Shown here: positions 9,605 to 17,788 of the stretch, one piece after another
How positions within the stretch are numbered: position 1 is the first letter of the stretch
Layout: each line of letters opens with the position of its first letter
Origin: an uncultured virus (IMG/VR IMGVR_UViG_3300017786_003062)
Lineage: Duplodnaviria > Heunggongvirae > Uroviricota > Caudoviricetes
Direction: 5' to 3' (one strand)
DNA: 64,000 nt
Virus record (IMG/VR): IMGVR_UViG_3300017786_003062
The notes under the pieces: generated by a model
Seen by the model: only the letters and a program-made list of their open reading frames with translations
Told to the model about the DNA's origin: nothing
Database searches by the model: none
Translations under genes and position numbers: made by a program

Positions 9605-10468
9605 ATGCCAGAAATAGAGAGAAGCGGAGCCAATCCGTTACAGAAGTATTTTAGGCAACCAAAAATTTACATTAAGTTGCCAAGCAACGGCAGATGGTAT
9701 CCTAATGGAAGTTTAGAAGTAACAGACAATATGGAATTCCCTGTTTATGCAATGACGGCAAGAGATGAACTTATGTTTAAAACTCCTGATGCATTACTTA
9801 ACGGTCAATCTACAGTTGATGTTATCCAAAGTTGTGTACCTAATATTAAAAACGGTTGGGACATACCAACACTTGATATTGATACACTATTGGTTGCTAT
9901 TAGAATTGCCACATACGGGGAGAAATTAGAATTAACTTCTAAAATCCCAAATACAAAACTAGAACGTAAATTTGACCTAGACTTAAGAGTAGTACTTGAC
10001 AAGTTTCAAAATGTTGCGTTTGATGATACTCTTACAATAGACGAGCTTACCCTTACAGTAAGGCCGCAAACGTATCGTGAGTTTACAAAAGTTGCAACTA
10101 AGACTTTTGAAGAACAGCGTATTGCTTCAGTCATACAAGAAGATGATATGACAGAAGAACAAAAACTAGAAATCTTTAATCAAGCATTCCAACGCTTAAC
10201 AAGTATTACAGTTGATATGGTCATGCAAGGAATTGTATCGATCCAAACAGGTGAAGATGTTGTAACTGACAAATTACACATTCAACAGTTTATACAAAAT
10301 GCAGACAAGAAGTTTTATTCTTCTGTTGTTGAAAGTATGGAATCACAAAAGAAAAAGTTTACGTTAGAGCCAATCACAGTTGACGCAACAGAAGAAGAAA
10401 TCAAAGAAGGCGCACCTAAGCAATGGGAAATGCCTGTTTCGTTTGATCAATCAAATTTTTTCGTATAA
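9605..10468 (+). CDS. gp26: Baseplate hub assembly chaperone, gp26-like
   Basis: YIKLPSNG, MTARDEL, LDIDTLLVAIRIATYGE, C-terminal ..NFF. Confidence 0.8.
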   Translation: MPEIERSGANPLQKYFRQPKIYIKLPSNGRWYPNGSLEVTDNMEFPVYAMTARDELMFKTPDALLNGQSTVDVIQSCVPNIKNGWDIPTLDIDTLLVAIRIATYGEKLELTSKIPNTKLERKFDLDLRVVLDKFQNVAFDDTLTIDELTLTVRPQTYREFTKVATKTFEEQRIASVIQEDDMTEEQKLEIFNQAFQRLTSITVDMVMQGIVSIQTGEDVVTDKLHIQQFIQNADKKFYSSVVESMESQKKKFTLEPITVDATEEEIKEGAPKQWEMPVSFDQSNFFV

Positions 10469-10499
10469 GGATAGCTTCTAAGTCTCTAGAGGATATCCT
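10453..10499 (+). promoter_or_regulatory. Putative -1 programmed ribosomal frameshift cassette
   Basis: Overlapping slippery heptamers A-AAT-TTT and T-TTT-TTC in the gp26 frame, 6-nt spacer, then hairpin GGATA-gc-TTCTA-agtctc-TAGAG-ga-TATCC. Confidence 0.7.
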
Positions 10500-10692
10500 A
10501 AGACTGGTCGACAACCTAGAAAACGAGACAAAAAACATCAAGATGGAACTTGCACGCCTGTGTTGGTACATGCGTGGTGCAATTAGTCTTGAAGAAATGT
10601 ATCAAGTGGGTCCTGAAGATAGAGAAATATTCGCTAAACTAATTAAAGAAAACTTAGAGACTGCTAAAAAGACTGGGCAACCGTTCTGGTAG
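10459..10692 (+). CDS. gp51-like baseplate assembly chaperone segment, probably expressed as a frameshift fusion
   Basis: Not in ORF track. The -1 frame is open 10447-10692: FRIRIASKSLEDILRLVDNLENETKNIKMELARLCWYMRGAISLEEMYQVGPEDREIFAKLIKENLETAKKTGQPFW. First ATG only at 10543, with no SD. Confidence 0.7.
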   Translation, partial: FRIRIASKSLEDILRLVDNLENETKNIKMELARLCWYMRGAISLEEMYQVGPEDREIFAKLIKENLETAKKTGQPFW

Positions 10693-10695
10693 GAT

Positions 10696-10851
10696 TTAGC
10701 AGAAAATCAAATAAAATATAACCCACGAAAATAATGCTCCTTTAGCAAAGGCTGTCCACATCATTTGATAGTCGGATAGCTTTGTGCATTTTTGGAAATC
10801 ATGTATATGTTGTTCGTGCCAGTTAATTAGATTTTTTAAATACTGTTTCAT
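10696..10851 (-). CDS. Small membrane protein (51 aa)
   Basis: Not in ORF track. MKQYLKNLINWHEQHIHDFQKCTKLSDYQMMWTAFAKGALFSWVIFYLIFC; ATGA overlap with upstream gene; hydrophobic C-terminus. Confidence 0.6.
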   Translation of the reverse strand: MKQYLKNLINWHEQHIHDFQKCTKLSDYQMMWTAFAKGALFSWVIFYLIFC

Positions 10852-13007
10852 TTTGCAATTAACATCTGTCGTACTTGTTTCTGCACACCTGCTTTAGCAA
10901 TTCTTGTTGCTAAGTCTGGCAAATCAACTGTGCTACCTTGCGATGTAGTACTACCACCTACTAGGTCTTGTTTGATACTGTCTGTATTTGCACCAGACTG
11001 TTTAATTTTTTGTGCTAGTGCTTTAACATTGCTTTGTGTAGGTGTAGCTGTGTTGCTACCCGGTTTTTTAGGCGTTGTTGGTTTACTAGATGGTTCTTGT
11101 TTGCCTGGTTTAGTTGGAGCGCCTTTAGTATTTGTACTGTCTAAGTTCTTTGCACCTGTGTTTGTAGGCTCAGCTTGAGCAGGTTCTGCTGGTGCTTTAG
11201 TTGGTTTAGCTGGTGTTTGTGTGTCTTTTGTATTATCACTTGCTGTTGACGCTTGTGTTGCGTCTGCGGCACCATCTGTAGGTGTTTGTGCATCAGCTTT
11301 AGTTACTTCGTCTGGACTAATTGGTGCTTGTGTTGATCCTGCAATACTGCTTATCTGATCGTTAGTTAATCCTGCACCTGATAAAATATTTACAATGCTA
11401 CCGGAATCAGTTGGTTCACCCATCTTCTTCCAATCTTTATTAAGTTTGTTAGCAGTAACTTTGTTACCTACATCTTTAGCACCTTGCTTAACTGCACCAA
11501 CTGCTCCTTTGGCACCTTTAGCAACTGCTCCCGCACCTTGCTTAACTGCTCCTGCGGCTTTACTTGCAACTTTACCTGCACCACGTTTTAGTTTAGCACC
11601 TAGTGAATTAGGATTGTCTAATGGTAGTTCTTGTTGTGCTGGATCTGCTTCTTGTAAGTATTCGTTAAATGCATCTTCATAATCAATTGATTCTGCTTTA
11701 TCTCCTACTGCTCCAAAGTCTGAAAGTTTTTGACTCTTGTCAAAGTTTTTATCTACAGGTGTTGCATCACTTCCGCCTTTAAGATCAAGTTCCAGTTGTT
11801 TCATTTCTTCTGGTGCAACAGGTTTAACTTTGTGCATTTCTTTTTTAGCATCATCAACTGTTGCCGCCGCACCTTGTGCCGCCGCCGCTATTGCTCCGCC
11901 TGCATCGTTAACTGCCGCTATTGCTTTGTCGCCATCATCAAGTACAGCAATTACAGCATCTATCTGATCACTTGTTAACGCATCTTTTGGAATGTCTTTA
12001 ATAGCAAGTGCTAGTGTTGTAAGATCTGAGTTTGCTGTTTGTGTTGCAGAAAGAAATTCGTGCAGTTGTCCTGCCGCTTTATAATACTCTGGCGAAAATA
12101 CTTTTACTGACTGTGTTGCCGCTACTAAATCTTTATATTGTGCAAGTTCGTCTGGTTTAAAAACTGTGTGGTAGTTGTAAAAGAATCCGTTAATGTTACC
12201 TGATGATTTATGAAGCATTGCACCGTCAAGTACACCTTTATCAAATCCTGCATCAGCAATAGCACCGTCAACTGCCTTTTCAAAGTTTGCATCTTCAAAC
12301 CCTTTCATCATAGCATCTGCTTGAGCTTCATCTGCAAGTGCCATGTTGGCCATAATGTTATCTGACAAGTATCTAAAGCCTGCTCCAACAAGAGCACCAT
12401 ATGCCGCTGTTTTAACTGACTTACCAACTGCTGTTGAAAGTTTTTCACCTTGTAATAAATCTTTAGTACCACGTAGTACTAGACCTGCGGCCGCACCACC
12501 TAGTGGTCCTCCTGCAAATGCCGCAATGGTTGTTAGTATACCTACTGCTAGTGTTGCCTTACCTGGATTAGCTTTTGCCCAATCACTAATTTTATTAACG
12601 CCTGCAACAATTTTACTGTCGCTTGAACCAATTTTCTTTTTAAGTTCTTCAAACTTCGCATCAGCATTTTTAACTGGGCCTGCGTTTTGTGCTAGTCTGC
12701 CTAGCTCATTAATTTTTGCATCAACTTTCTTAGCTAGATCAACGGGTAACTTAGCCGCCGCTCCAACTTTACCTAGTGCAGTTTTATTATCTCCACTGGC
12801 CATTGCTGTTTCTTCAGCACCTTTGAAGATTGATTGTATTTGATCTGGTGTAAGTTCTGCTTCTGCTAGTATTGAATACTGCTCAACCAGTGGCCAAAGC
12901 TCTAATTCAAACCTTGTTAAATAATTTTGCTGTGCTTCATTAAGATCTTGCCAGCCTTCATTTAATATAGTTTGAGTCTTGCTTGTGAGTACTTCGTTGA
13001 GTTTCAT
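10848..13007 (-). CDS. Putative internal head / ejection protein
   Basis: 719 aa in a late-promoter operon; several (I/L)xE-(A/G) sites; Gly-zipper-like hydrophobic segment; P/T/K-rich C-terminal linker. Confidence 0.5.
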   Translation of the reverse strand: MKLNEVLTSKTQTILNEGWQDLNEAQQNYLTRFELELWPLVEQYSILAEAELTPDQIQSIFKGAEETAMASGDNKTALGKVGAAAKLPVDLAKKVDAKINELGRLAQNAGPVKNADAKFEELKKKIGSSDSKIVAGVNKISDWAKANPGKATLAVGILTTIAAFAGGPLGGAAAGLVLRGTKDLLQGEKLSTAVGKSVKTAAYGALVGAGFRYLSDNIMANMALADEAQADAMMKGFEDANFEKAVDGAIADAGFDKGVLDGAMLHKSSGNINGFFYNYHTVFKPDELAQYKDLVAATQSVKVFSPEYYKAAGQLHEFLSATQTANSDLTTLALAIKDIPKDALTSDQIDAVIAVLDDGDKAIAAVNDAGGAIAAAAQGAAATVDDAKKEMHKVKPVAPEEMKQLELDLKGGSDATPVDKNFDKSQKLSDFGAVGDKAESIDYEDAFNEYLQEADPAQQELPLDNPNSLGAKLKRGAGKVASKAAGAVKQGAGAVAKGAKGAVGAVKQGAKDVGNKVTANKLNKDWKKMGEPTDSGSIVNILSGAGLTNDQISSIAGSTQAPISPDEVTKADAQTPTDGAADATQASTASDNTKDTQTPAKPTKAPAEPAQAEPTNTGAKNLDSTNTKGAPTKPGKQEPSSKPTTPKKPGSNTATPTQSNVKALAQKIKQSGANTDSIKQDLVGGSTTSQGSTVDLPDLATRIAKAGVQKQVRQMLIAK

Positions 13008-13017
13008 TATTCAGTCC

Positions 13018-13533
13018 TTATAGTAACTTTGCTAATTCTGCTTTGTCTTGAGGACTTAGTGCGTCAATTTCTTTTTGTAAATCAGCCGGTATACCGCCTT
13101 GAGCACTTGCTGAACCAAACTTATCACCTAAACTAGCTGGACTACTTGCAGTTGCCGCTTGTCCTGCCGCACCTTTAAACGAATCTTGTGCAATTCCTTG
13201 TAACAAATCGTCTACTTGTTTAGGAGTCATTTGTCCTTGTACACCCTGCATACGCTTTGTTGGAAGTTTTTGTTTTTGTAAAAAGTCCATAACTTGATCT
13301 GCTGTTGGTTGTTTTGGATTACCACCAGTTTGACCCATATAGCCTCTATATTGTGTGAATATTTCTTTTGCTCTGGCGTTTTGGTCTACTTTACCCGTCA
13401 TGCCAGCCGCTGTGCCTTTAGCGCCAACGGCGCCTGCTACTTTTGCGCCAGCTTTTCTTGCTAGGTTACCTAGGGCACTTCCGCCAGGAGCCTCAGATAC
13501 TGCTGTTTCTGTAACTATTTGATTAATTTTCAT
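13018..13533 (-). CDS. Putative internal head protein
   Basis: N-terminus MKINQIVTETAVSE-A resembles that of the downstream gene (MKLNEVLT..ILNE-G); SD AAGGAG; perfect TATAAATA upstream. Confidence 0.5.
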   Translation of the reverse strand: MKINQIVTETAVSEAPGGSALGNLARKAGAKVAGAVGAKGTAAGMTGKVDQNARAKEIFTQYRGYMGQTGGNPKQPTADQVMDFLQKQKLPTKRMQGVQGQMTPKQVDDLLQGIAQDSFKGAAGQAATASSPASLGDKFGSASAQGGIPADLQKEIDALSPQDKAELAKLL

Positions 13534-13554
13534 AGTAAACTCCTTTGTATAATA

Positions 13555-13591
13555 TATTTATACTTAATTAGTCGCAAACTATCATTAAATA
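13555..13591. promoter_or_regulatory. Back-to-back late promoters (TATAAATA -, TTAAATA +)
   Basis: TATAAATA on minus strand at 13555-13562; TAAATA on plus strand at 13586-13591. Confidence 0.7.
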
Positions 13592-13597
13592 TTTGAT

Positions 13598-13780
13598 ATG
13601 GTTACACATTATAATATAATGTCTGACGGTAATGAAGTTGCTAGACTCAATAGTATGGAAGAAGCGACCCAAGCCGTAGAGATGTTCCGTATTCAGTCCC
13701 CACACAGTGATTTCGAAATAGAGATAGTCGAAATTAGTAGTGTCAAACCTGGATTTGGACGTGATCCTGATTTACATTAG
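13598..13780 (+). CDS. Hypothetical protein (60 aa)
   Basis: ORF with protein-like composition, 6 nt downstream of TAAATA. Confidence 0.6.
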   Translation: MVTHYNIMSDGNEVARLNSMEEATQAVEMFRIQSPHSDFEIEIVEISSVKPGFGRDPDLH

Positions 13781-13846
13781 AGTCACGATCTGAATTGTTC
13801 CAAGTGTTTGTGTGGATTCGTTGTTCGATAGTTGTGAATTGTTTAG

Positions 13847-13946
13847 AACAAGTACTTCGTACTTGTTGTTTTTCGCTGTCGCTCAAACACTTATATCTTT
13901 TAATGTTATAAAGGAATAATGTATGAATAATAAGTGCGAAGCACTT
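13847..13946. repeat. Two perfect inverted repeats with C-GAA-G triloops in opposite orientations
   Basis: AACAAGTAC-TTC-GTACTTGTT (13847-13867) and AAGTGC-GAA-GCACTT (13932-13946). Confidence 0.8.
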
Positions 13947-14300
13947 TAGCATTATCTAGATAGTTGAGCCACAATTCGCCCGTTGCCGGACGAATTAAAA
14001 AAAATGACTACTCCTACATTATCTGAGTGAGCATCGCCACAATCTATTAAAGAAGATTGTAATATAATTACACGGAGGCGGCGTACCGCATACCCCCTAC
14101 TTCAGCATTCGCATAATACGCGGAAAGCAGTTAATCCCTAATAGTCGAAATCACTTACTCTGTGGTTGCTTTTTCTCAGAGCCACAATCTTTTATACCTA
14201 AGTTAGTATTGTCCTTGCAACACACTAGATCCACCGGTGGATTTCCCACAAGTTCATAGCGAGTCGAGCTACCTCGACCAAACAATGTTGCTATGTTTGC
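13930..14300 (-). ncRNA. Candidate large structured non-coding RNA
   Basis: About 10 predicted helices, GCAA and UACG tetraloops, G-U pairs only on the minus strand, no credible ORF; starts at the GIY-YIG stop codon. Confidence 0.7.
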
Positions 14301-14723
14301 CTATAATTTACGTAATTCTTCTTTTAGAATTTTAGAACCGCCAACCCGTACATTAATAATTCCGTTATAATACTCGTCTGTTTCTAGTACTCTACGGTCA
14401 AACTGTTCTTTAGCCTCTAAGTAACTTGCTAAGCCTCTGCTTTTACAGTAATGTAATATTTCTCTGGTGAATTTATCAGTGCCTAATTCTTCAACGTCTC
14501 TTAATAAGTTATCACTGGAGCCCCAATAGTCTCTCCAATCTGATTCTTTAGTTCCGCGTCTTTTGTTTTTTCTGCCTTTGAGTGGTGGCTTAGTTGTCTT
14601 AAATTTAGCTAGTTTTTTGCCTACGTACTTGCGATTATCAGTGATGTTAGTGATTAGATAAACAAATGCTTCGCAATCTTCCGGAAGTTCGTCTATTTTC
14701 TTACCTTTATAAGTCCACTGCAT
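14301..14723 (-). CDS. Stand-alone GIY-YIG family endonuclease
   Basis: AFVYLITN...RKYVGKK (GIY-YIG equivalent), YWGSS, REIL, conserved E (YLEAKEQ) and YYN. Confidence 0.8.
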   Translation of the reverse strand: MQWTYKGKKIDELPEDCEAFVYLITNITDNRKYVGKKLAKFKTTKPPLKGRKNKRRGTKESDWRDYWGSSDNLLRDVEELGTDKFTREILHYCKSRGLASYLEAKEQFDRRVLETDEYYNGIINVRVGGSKILKEELRKL

Positions 14724-14742
14724 GAACTTACTTACATTAAGC

Positions 14743-14955
14743 CTATGTGTCTTGCTCTTGATTCTGGTTCTTCTTGTTAGATGTGAAGTCGTCCATGATT
14801 TCTACTCTGCGTGTAGAACACAAACGACGAATTTCGCTTAACCACCTACGTGCTTCACGTTTAGTACGTTCGCTTTTGCGAATTTCAAACGCTTCATTGG
14901 CTTTATAGTATTGCATATAAGCCTTTGTAAGTAGATCATGCGTATCGTCTGTCAT
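14743..14955 (-). CDS. Hypothetical protein (70 aa)
   Basis: TAATG-coupled to gp46; basic, predicted helical. Confidence 0.7.
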   Translation of the reverse strand: MTDDTHDLLTKAYMQYYKANEAFEIRKSERTKREARRWLSEIRRLCSTRRVEIMDDFTSNKKNQNQEQDT

Positions 14956-16724
14956 TATTGTATTTCTATATCGTTATCATAACTAGTAAAGCCGTTTTCT
15001 TTTATTACTTTAAGTACATTTGTAACTCTACCCATTAGTTCGTCTTTGTGTGAAATTAGATATACGTTCTTACCACGTTCTCTAGCCATTTTCTTAAGAA
15101 TACTAATAGAACTTTCAACACCTGCTGTGTCCATACCACTATCAATAAGCTCATCAATGAATAGTAAGTTAATATTTTGATATAAACTTTCCCATACATC
15201 ACGGAAACTCCAACTCATACCAAGTATAAGTCTATTACGTTCACCTCTACTCAAGTTATCAAAGTCTAAGTCCTGTCCTAGTTGTTGTATTTCAACTGTT
15301 AGGTCATTTTTAAACACTACAGTATGTGGTAAACCTATTTTGTCTAAGTAATATGTAAGTCTGTTGTTTAAGTATGCTAAGTTTTGTTCAATAATCTTCT
15401 TACGAATAAAACTATCTTTGTTTGTTAGCAACTTATACAAAAAGTCTTGATGTTCTTTAGTACTAGTCAGTTCATTTACTGTTTCCCAGTTAAGTTCTTG
15501 AATAGCAGTTTCTTTTAAATCGTCAATTTGTTCTTGGTAAGGATCAACTTCATCCTTCTTTGCCTGTAAAGCAATCTTTAAGTTCTCAACATTGTGTTGA
15601 TGCTCATATGCTTCTTTAGCATTTTCATAAAATGTGTTAGGCTTACTTTCAATGTCGCCTAAGTCTTCAATCTTTTTAATTACCTTATCAAACTTACTAG
15701 CAATTTCAATTAGGTATGTGTGTGCATCACCGTAATCAGTTTGTAGCTTTTCTTTAAGTTCTTCTAACTTTTCATCGTGTAAGTCTTGTCCACAAGCATA
15801 ACACTTTGCATGTTCTAAGTCATCTAATTCTTTACCAGACTTTTTCATGTTCTTGTCAGCTTGTTCTAATGCACGTTCAACTGTTGATCTTTCTTTGATC
15901 AAGTTATTATGCTTATTTGTTTTGTCTGCCCACGAACTTAGTAACTCGTGTGCTTCTAGTTCAGCGTCAATGTCTAGTTTTTCTAAGTCTTTAATTGCTT
16001 TGTCAAGTTTATCACAGTCTTGTTTGTTTTGAGAGATCCATGCTTTACGTCTTGTATGTAACCTATCAATATTTTCTGTAATTTTTTCATTACTTGCTGT
16101 TACTGCCGTAAGTCTAGCAGTTTCATCTGTGAGTTGGTCTTTAACAATCTTAGTTTGTTCTCTAAGTTTGTCAGCTTTCTCACTTAATATAGTAATACCT
16201 AACAGTTGCTCAATGATTGCACGTTGATCGTTGCTCTTTAATGACAAAAACGGCTCTGTATATGTGTTAAGTGCAAGAATATGCTTAAACATATCATGAC
16301 TCATACCAAGAAGCGTGTTGATATCCTCTTGTGTCTTACGACTATCGCCTTGACTTTCGTCTGTAATCTCTTGATCAGTACCATCAATGCTAAATTTTAA
16401 CAAATTAGGTTTACGTCCACGCTCAATATGATAATTTCTACCATCTTTTTCAAACGTGAGGGTTACTAACATTGCTTTGTTATTAGTTTTGTTAACTAAA
16501 TTGTCTTTGCGAATGTTAGTTAGTGCTTGGCCGTACAGGGCGTAGGATAATGCGTTAATTATCGTAGTTTTACCTGTACCGTTACGGGAACCTGAATCGT
16601 CACCTCCTTGATCTAAGTTTTCACCAAGCACTAACGTTAGTTGTTCTCTATCGAAATCAACTCCTTGTGTAGCATTACCTACACTCATAAAATTCTTAAC
16701 TGTTAATTCTTTAATTTTAATCAT
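14955..16724 (-). CDS. gp46: Recombination endonuclease ATPase subunit (Rad50/SbcC-like)
   Basis: Walker A RNGTGKTT, zinc hook CYAC in coiled coil, signature LSRGE, Walker B LLFIDE, H-loop ISH. Confidence 0.95.
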   Translation of the reverse strand: MIKIKELTVKNFMSVGNATQGVDFDREQLTLVLGENLDQGGDDSGSRNGTGKTTIINALSYALYGQALTNIRKDNLVNKTNNKAMLVTLTFEKDGRNYHIERGRKPNLLKFSIDGTDQEITDESQGDSRKTQEDINTLLGMSHDMFKHILALNTYTEPFLSLKSNDQRAIIEQLLGITILSEKADKLREQTKIVKDQLTDETARLTAVTASNEKITENIDRLHTRRKAWISQNKQDCDKLDKAIKDLEKLDIDAELEAHELLSSWADKTNKHNNLIKERSTVERALEQADKNMKKSGKELDDLEHAKCYACGQDLHDEKLEELKEKLQTDYGDAHTYLIEIASKFDKVIKKIEDLGDIESKPNTFYENAKEAYEHQHNVENLKIALQAKKDEVDPYQEQIDDLKETAIQELNWETVNELTSTKEHQDFLYKLLTNKDSFIRKKIIEQNLAYLNNRLTYYLDKIGLPHTVVFKNDLTVEIQQLGQDLDFDNLSRGERNRLILGMSWSFRDVWESLYQNINLLFIDELIDSGMDTAGVESSISILKKMARERGKNVYLISHKDELMGRVTNVLKVIKENGFTSYDNDIEIQ

Positions 16725-17733
16725 CTCTACCTAGATCCCTATATATGTCTAACAGTTTTTTCCTATCAAAGTTGTCTGAATCGATTGCTTCAATCTCTTT
16801 AGCTACAATTTCATCAACACTTTCAAACTGTGCAATATCAATCTCACTATTAATCTCGTCATCTTTGGTACTAGGAATTAATGTAATTTCTCTACATTCA
16901 TATTCTTTAATAAATGTTTCTTTAATAAAACTTGCTTCTTCGTAACTAATAGGTAAGTCTAGTGTAACTCTCAAATACATCTTAGGTTTAATAAGTGTAT
17001 CTTTCTCATCTAGTAGTTGACTAAGTTTAACTGTGCGATACTTAGGACAGTTCCACCAGTTAATGTACTGTGGTTCCCCACCGTGTTCTAAAATCATCAT
17101 ACCACGTTCGTCATCCCATGCATCTGCATAGTTGTGTGGTAGTGCATTACCAATATAATGTACAGGACCTTTTACTTGTCTTTTGTGAAAGTGTCCACTA
17201 AACACATATTCTTGATTTTTAAAATGTTCTGCTTTTAGTTCTCCGTGATCTGGCATCTGCACCATAGCATTCATATAGAAGCTAGGTAGTTCAAAGTGTC
17301 CAAACACGTATTTGCTTTTTAATTTACTAATCTTTTTCCATTCATCACCAACTAGCCATGGGACTAGTGTACTATCACCAATGGTCATTATTTCATTAAC
17401 CATTGTAATGCCTTCAATGTGCTTACCAAAAGCAACTGAATTCAAATCTCTTTTATCTTTATAATATAAATCATGGTTGCCAGGAAAGAAATAAAACTTT
17501 TCAAATGCCTTACCAAGTTTTTCCAATGCTCGAAGCGTAGCATCAAGTGTAGTGATGTTCAAACTGTTTCTATTATGATGCCAGTCGCCCATAAAGATAC
17601 CAGTCTCACAGCCGTTAGCTTGAGCTTGTTCAATATACCAATCTACGAATTCTTCGCAGTCGTCATTGTGTGTTTTAGAATTGGACTTGAGTCCAAAGTG
17701 TATGTCTGTAAAGACAGCCGCCTTTTTAAACAA
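16717..17733 (-). CDS. gp47: Recombination endonuclease nuclease subunit (Mre11/SbcD-like), TTG start
   Basis: Phosphoesterase motifs TDIHFG, GDWHH, GNHD, GHF, SGHFH; SD GAGG. Confidence 0.95.
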   Translation of the reverse strand: MFKKAAVFTDIHFGLKSNSKTHNDDCEEFVDWYIEQAQANGCETGIFMGDWHHNRNSLNITTLDATLRALEKLGKAFEKFYFFPGNHDLYYKDKRDLNSVAFGKHIEGITMVNEIMTIGDSTLVPWLVGDEWKKISKLKSKYVFGHFELPSFYMNAMVQMPDHGELKAEHFKNQEYVFSGHFHKRQVKGPVHYIGNALPHNYADAWDDERGMMILEHGGEPQYINWWNCPKYRTVKLSQLLDEKDTLIKPKMYLRVTLDLPISYEEASFIKETFIKEYECREITLIPSTKDDEINSEIDIAQFESVDEIVAKEIEAIDSDNFDRKKLLDIYRDLGRDD

Positions 17734-17758
17734 AATTATACCTCACGATTTATACTTT

Positions 17759-17787
17759 ATTGTACAACATATAGATTTTACTGTCAA
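17759..17787 (-). promoter_or_regulatory. Sigma70-type promoter TTGACA-N17-TACAAT for gp47-gp46
   Basis: -35 at 17782-17787, -10 at 17759-17764. Confidence 0.8.
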
Positions 17788-17788
17788 C

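Noticed and set aside
9573..9617. Short uORF starting 6 nt after the plus-strand TAAATA and overlapping the gp26 start
   Set aside because: Only 14 codons and gp26 has its own GGAG SD; insufficient support
13743..13952. 69-aa minus-strand ORF in the track
   Set aside because: No SD, overlaps the convergent 60-aa gene and crosses the inverted repeats; probably spurious
13960..14260. Group I intron interpretation of the large structured element (UUGUGGGAAA / AACCACAG / CGACUA / UAGUC resemble P, Q, R, S; GNRA hairpin after UAGUC; adjacent GIY-YIG)
   Set aside because: No convincing P3 or J6/7, and no interrupted gene flanks it. Kept only as a possibility to test with covariance models.
14255..14295. 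tRNA-like TAGCTC motif on the minus strand
   Set aside because: No cloverleaf, T-loop or acceptor stem; it is part of a simple hairpin. No tRNA was recognised in the window.
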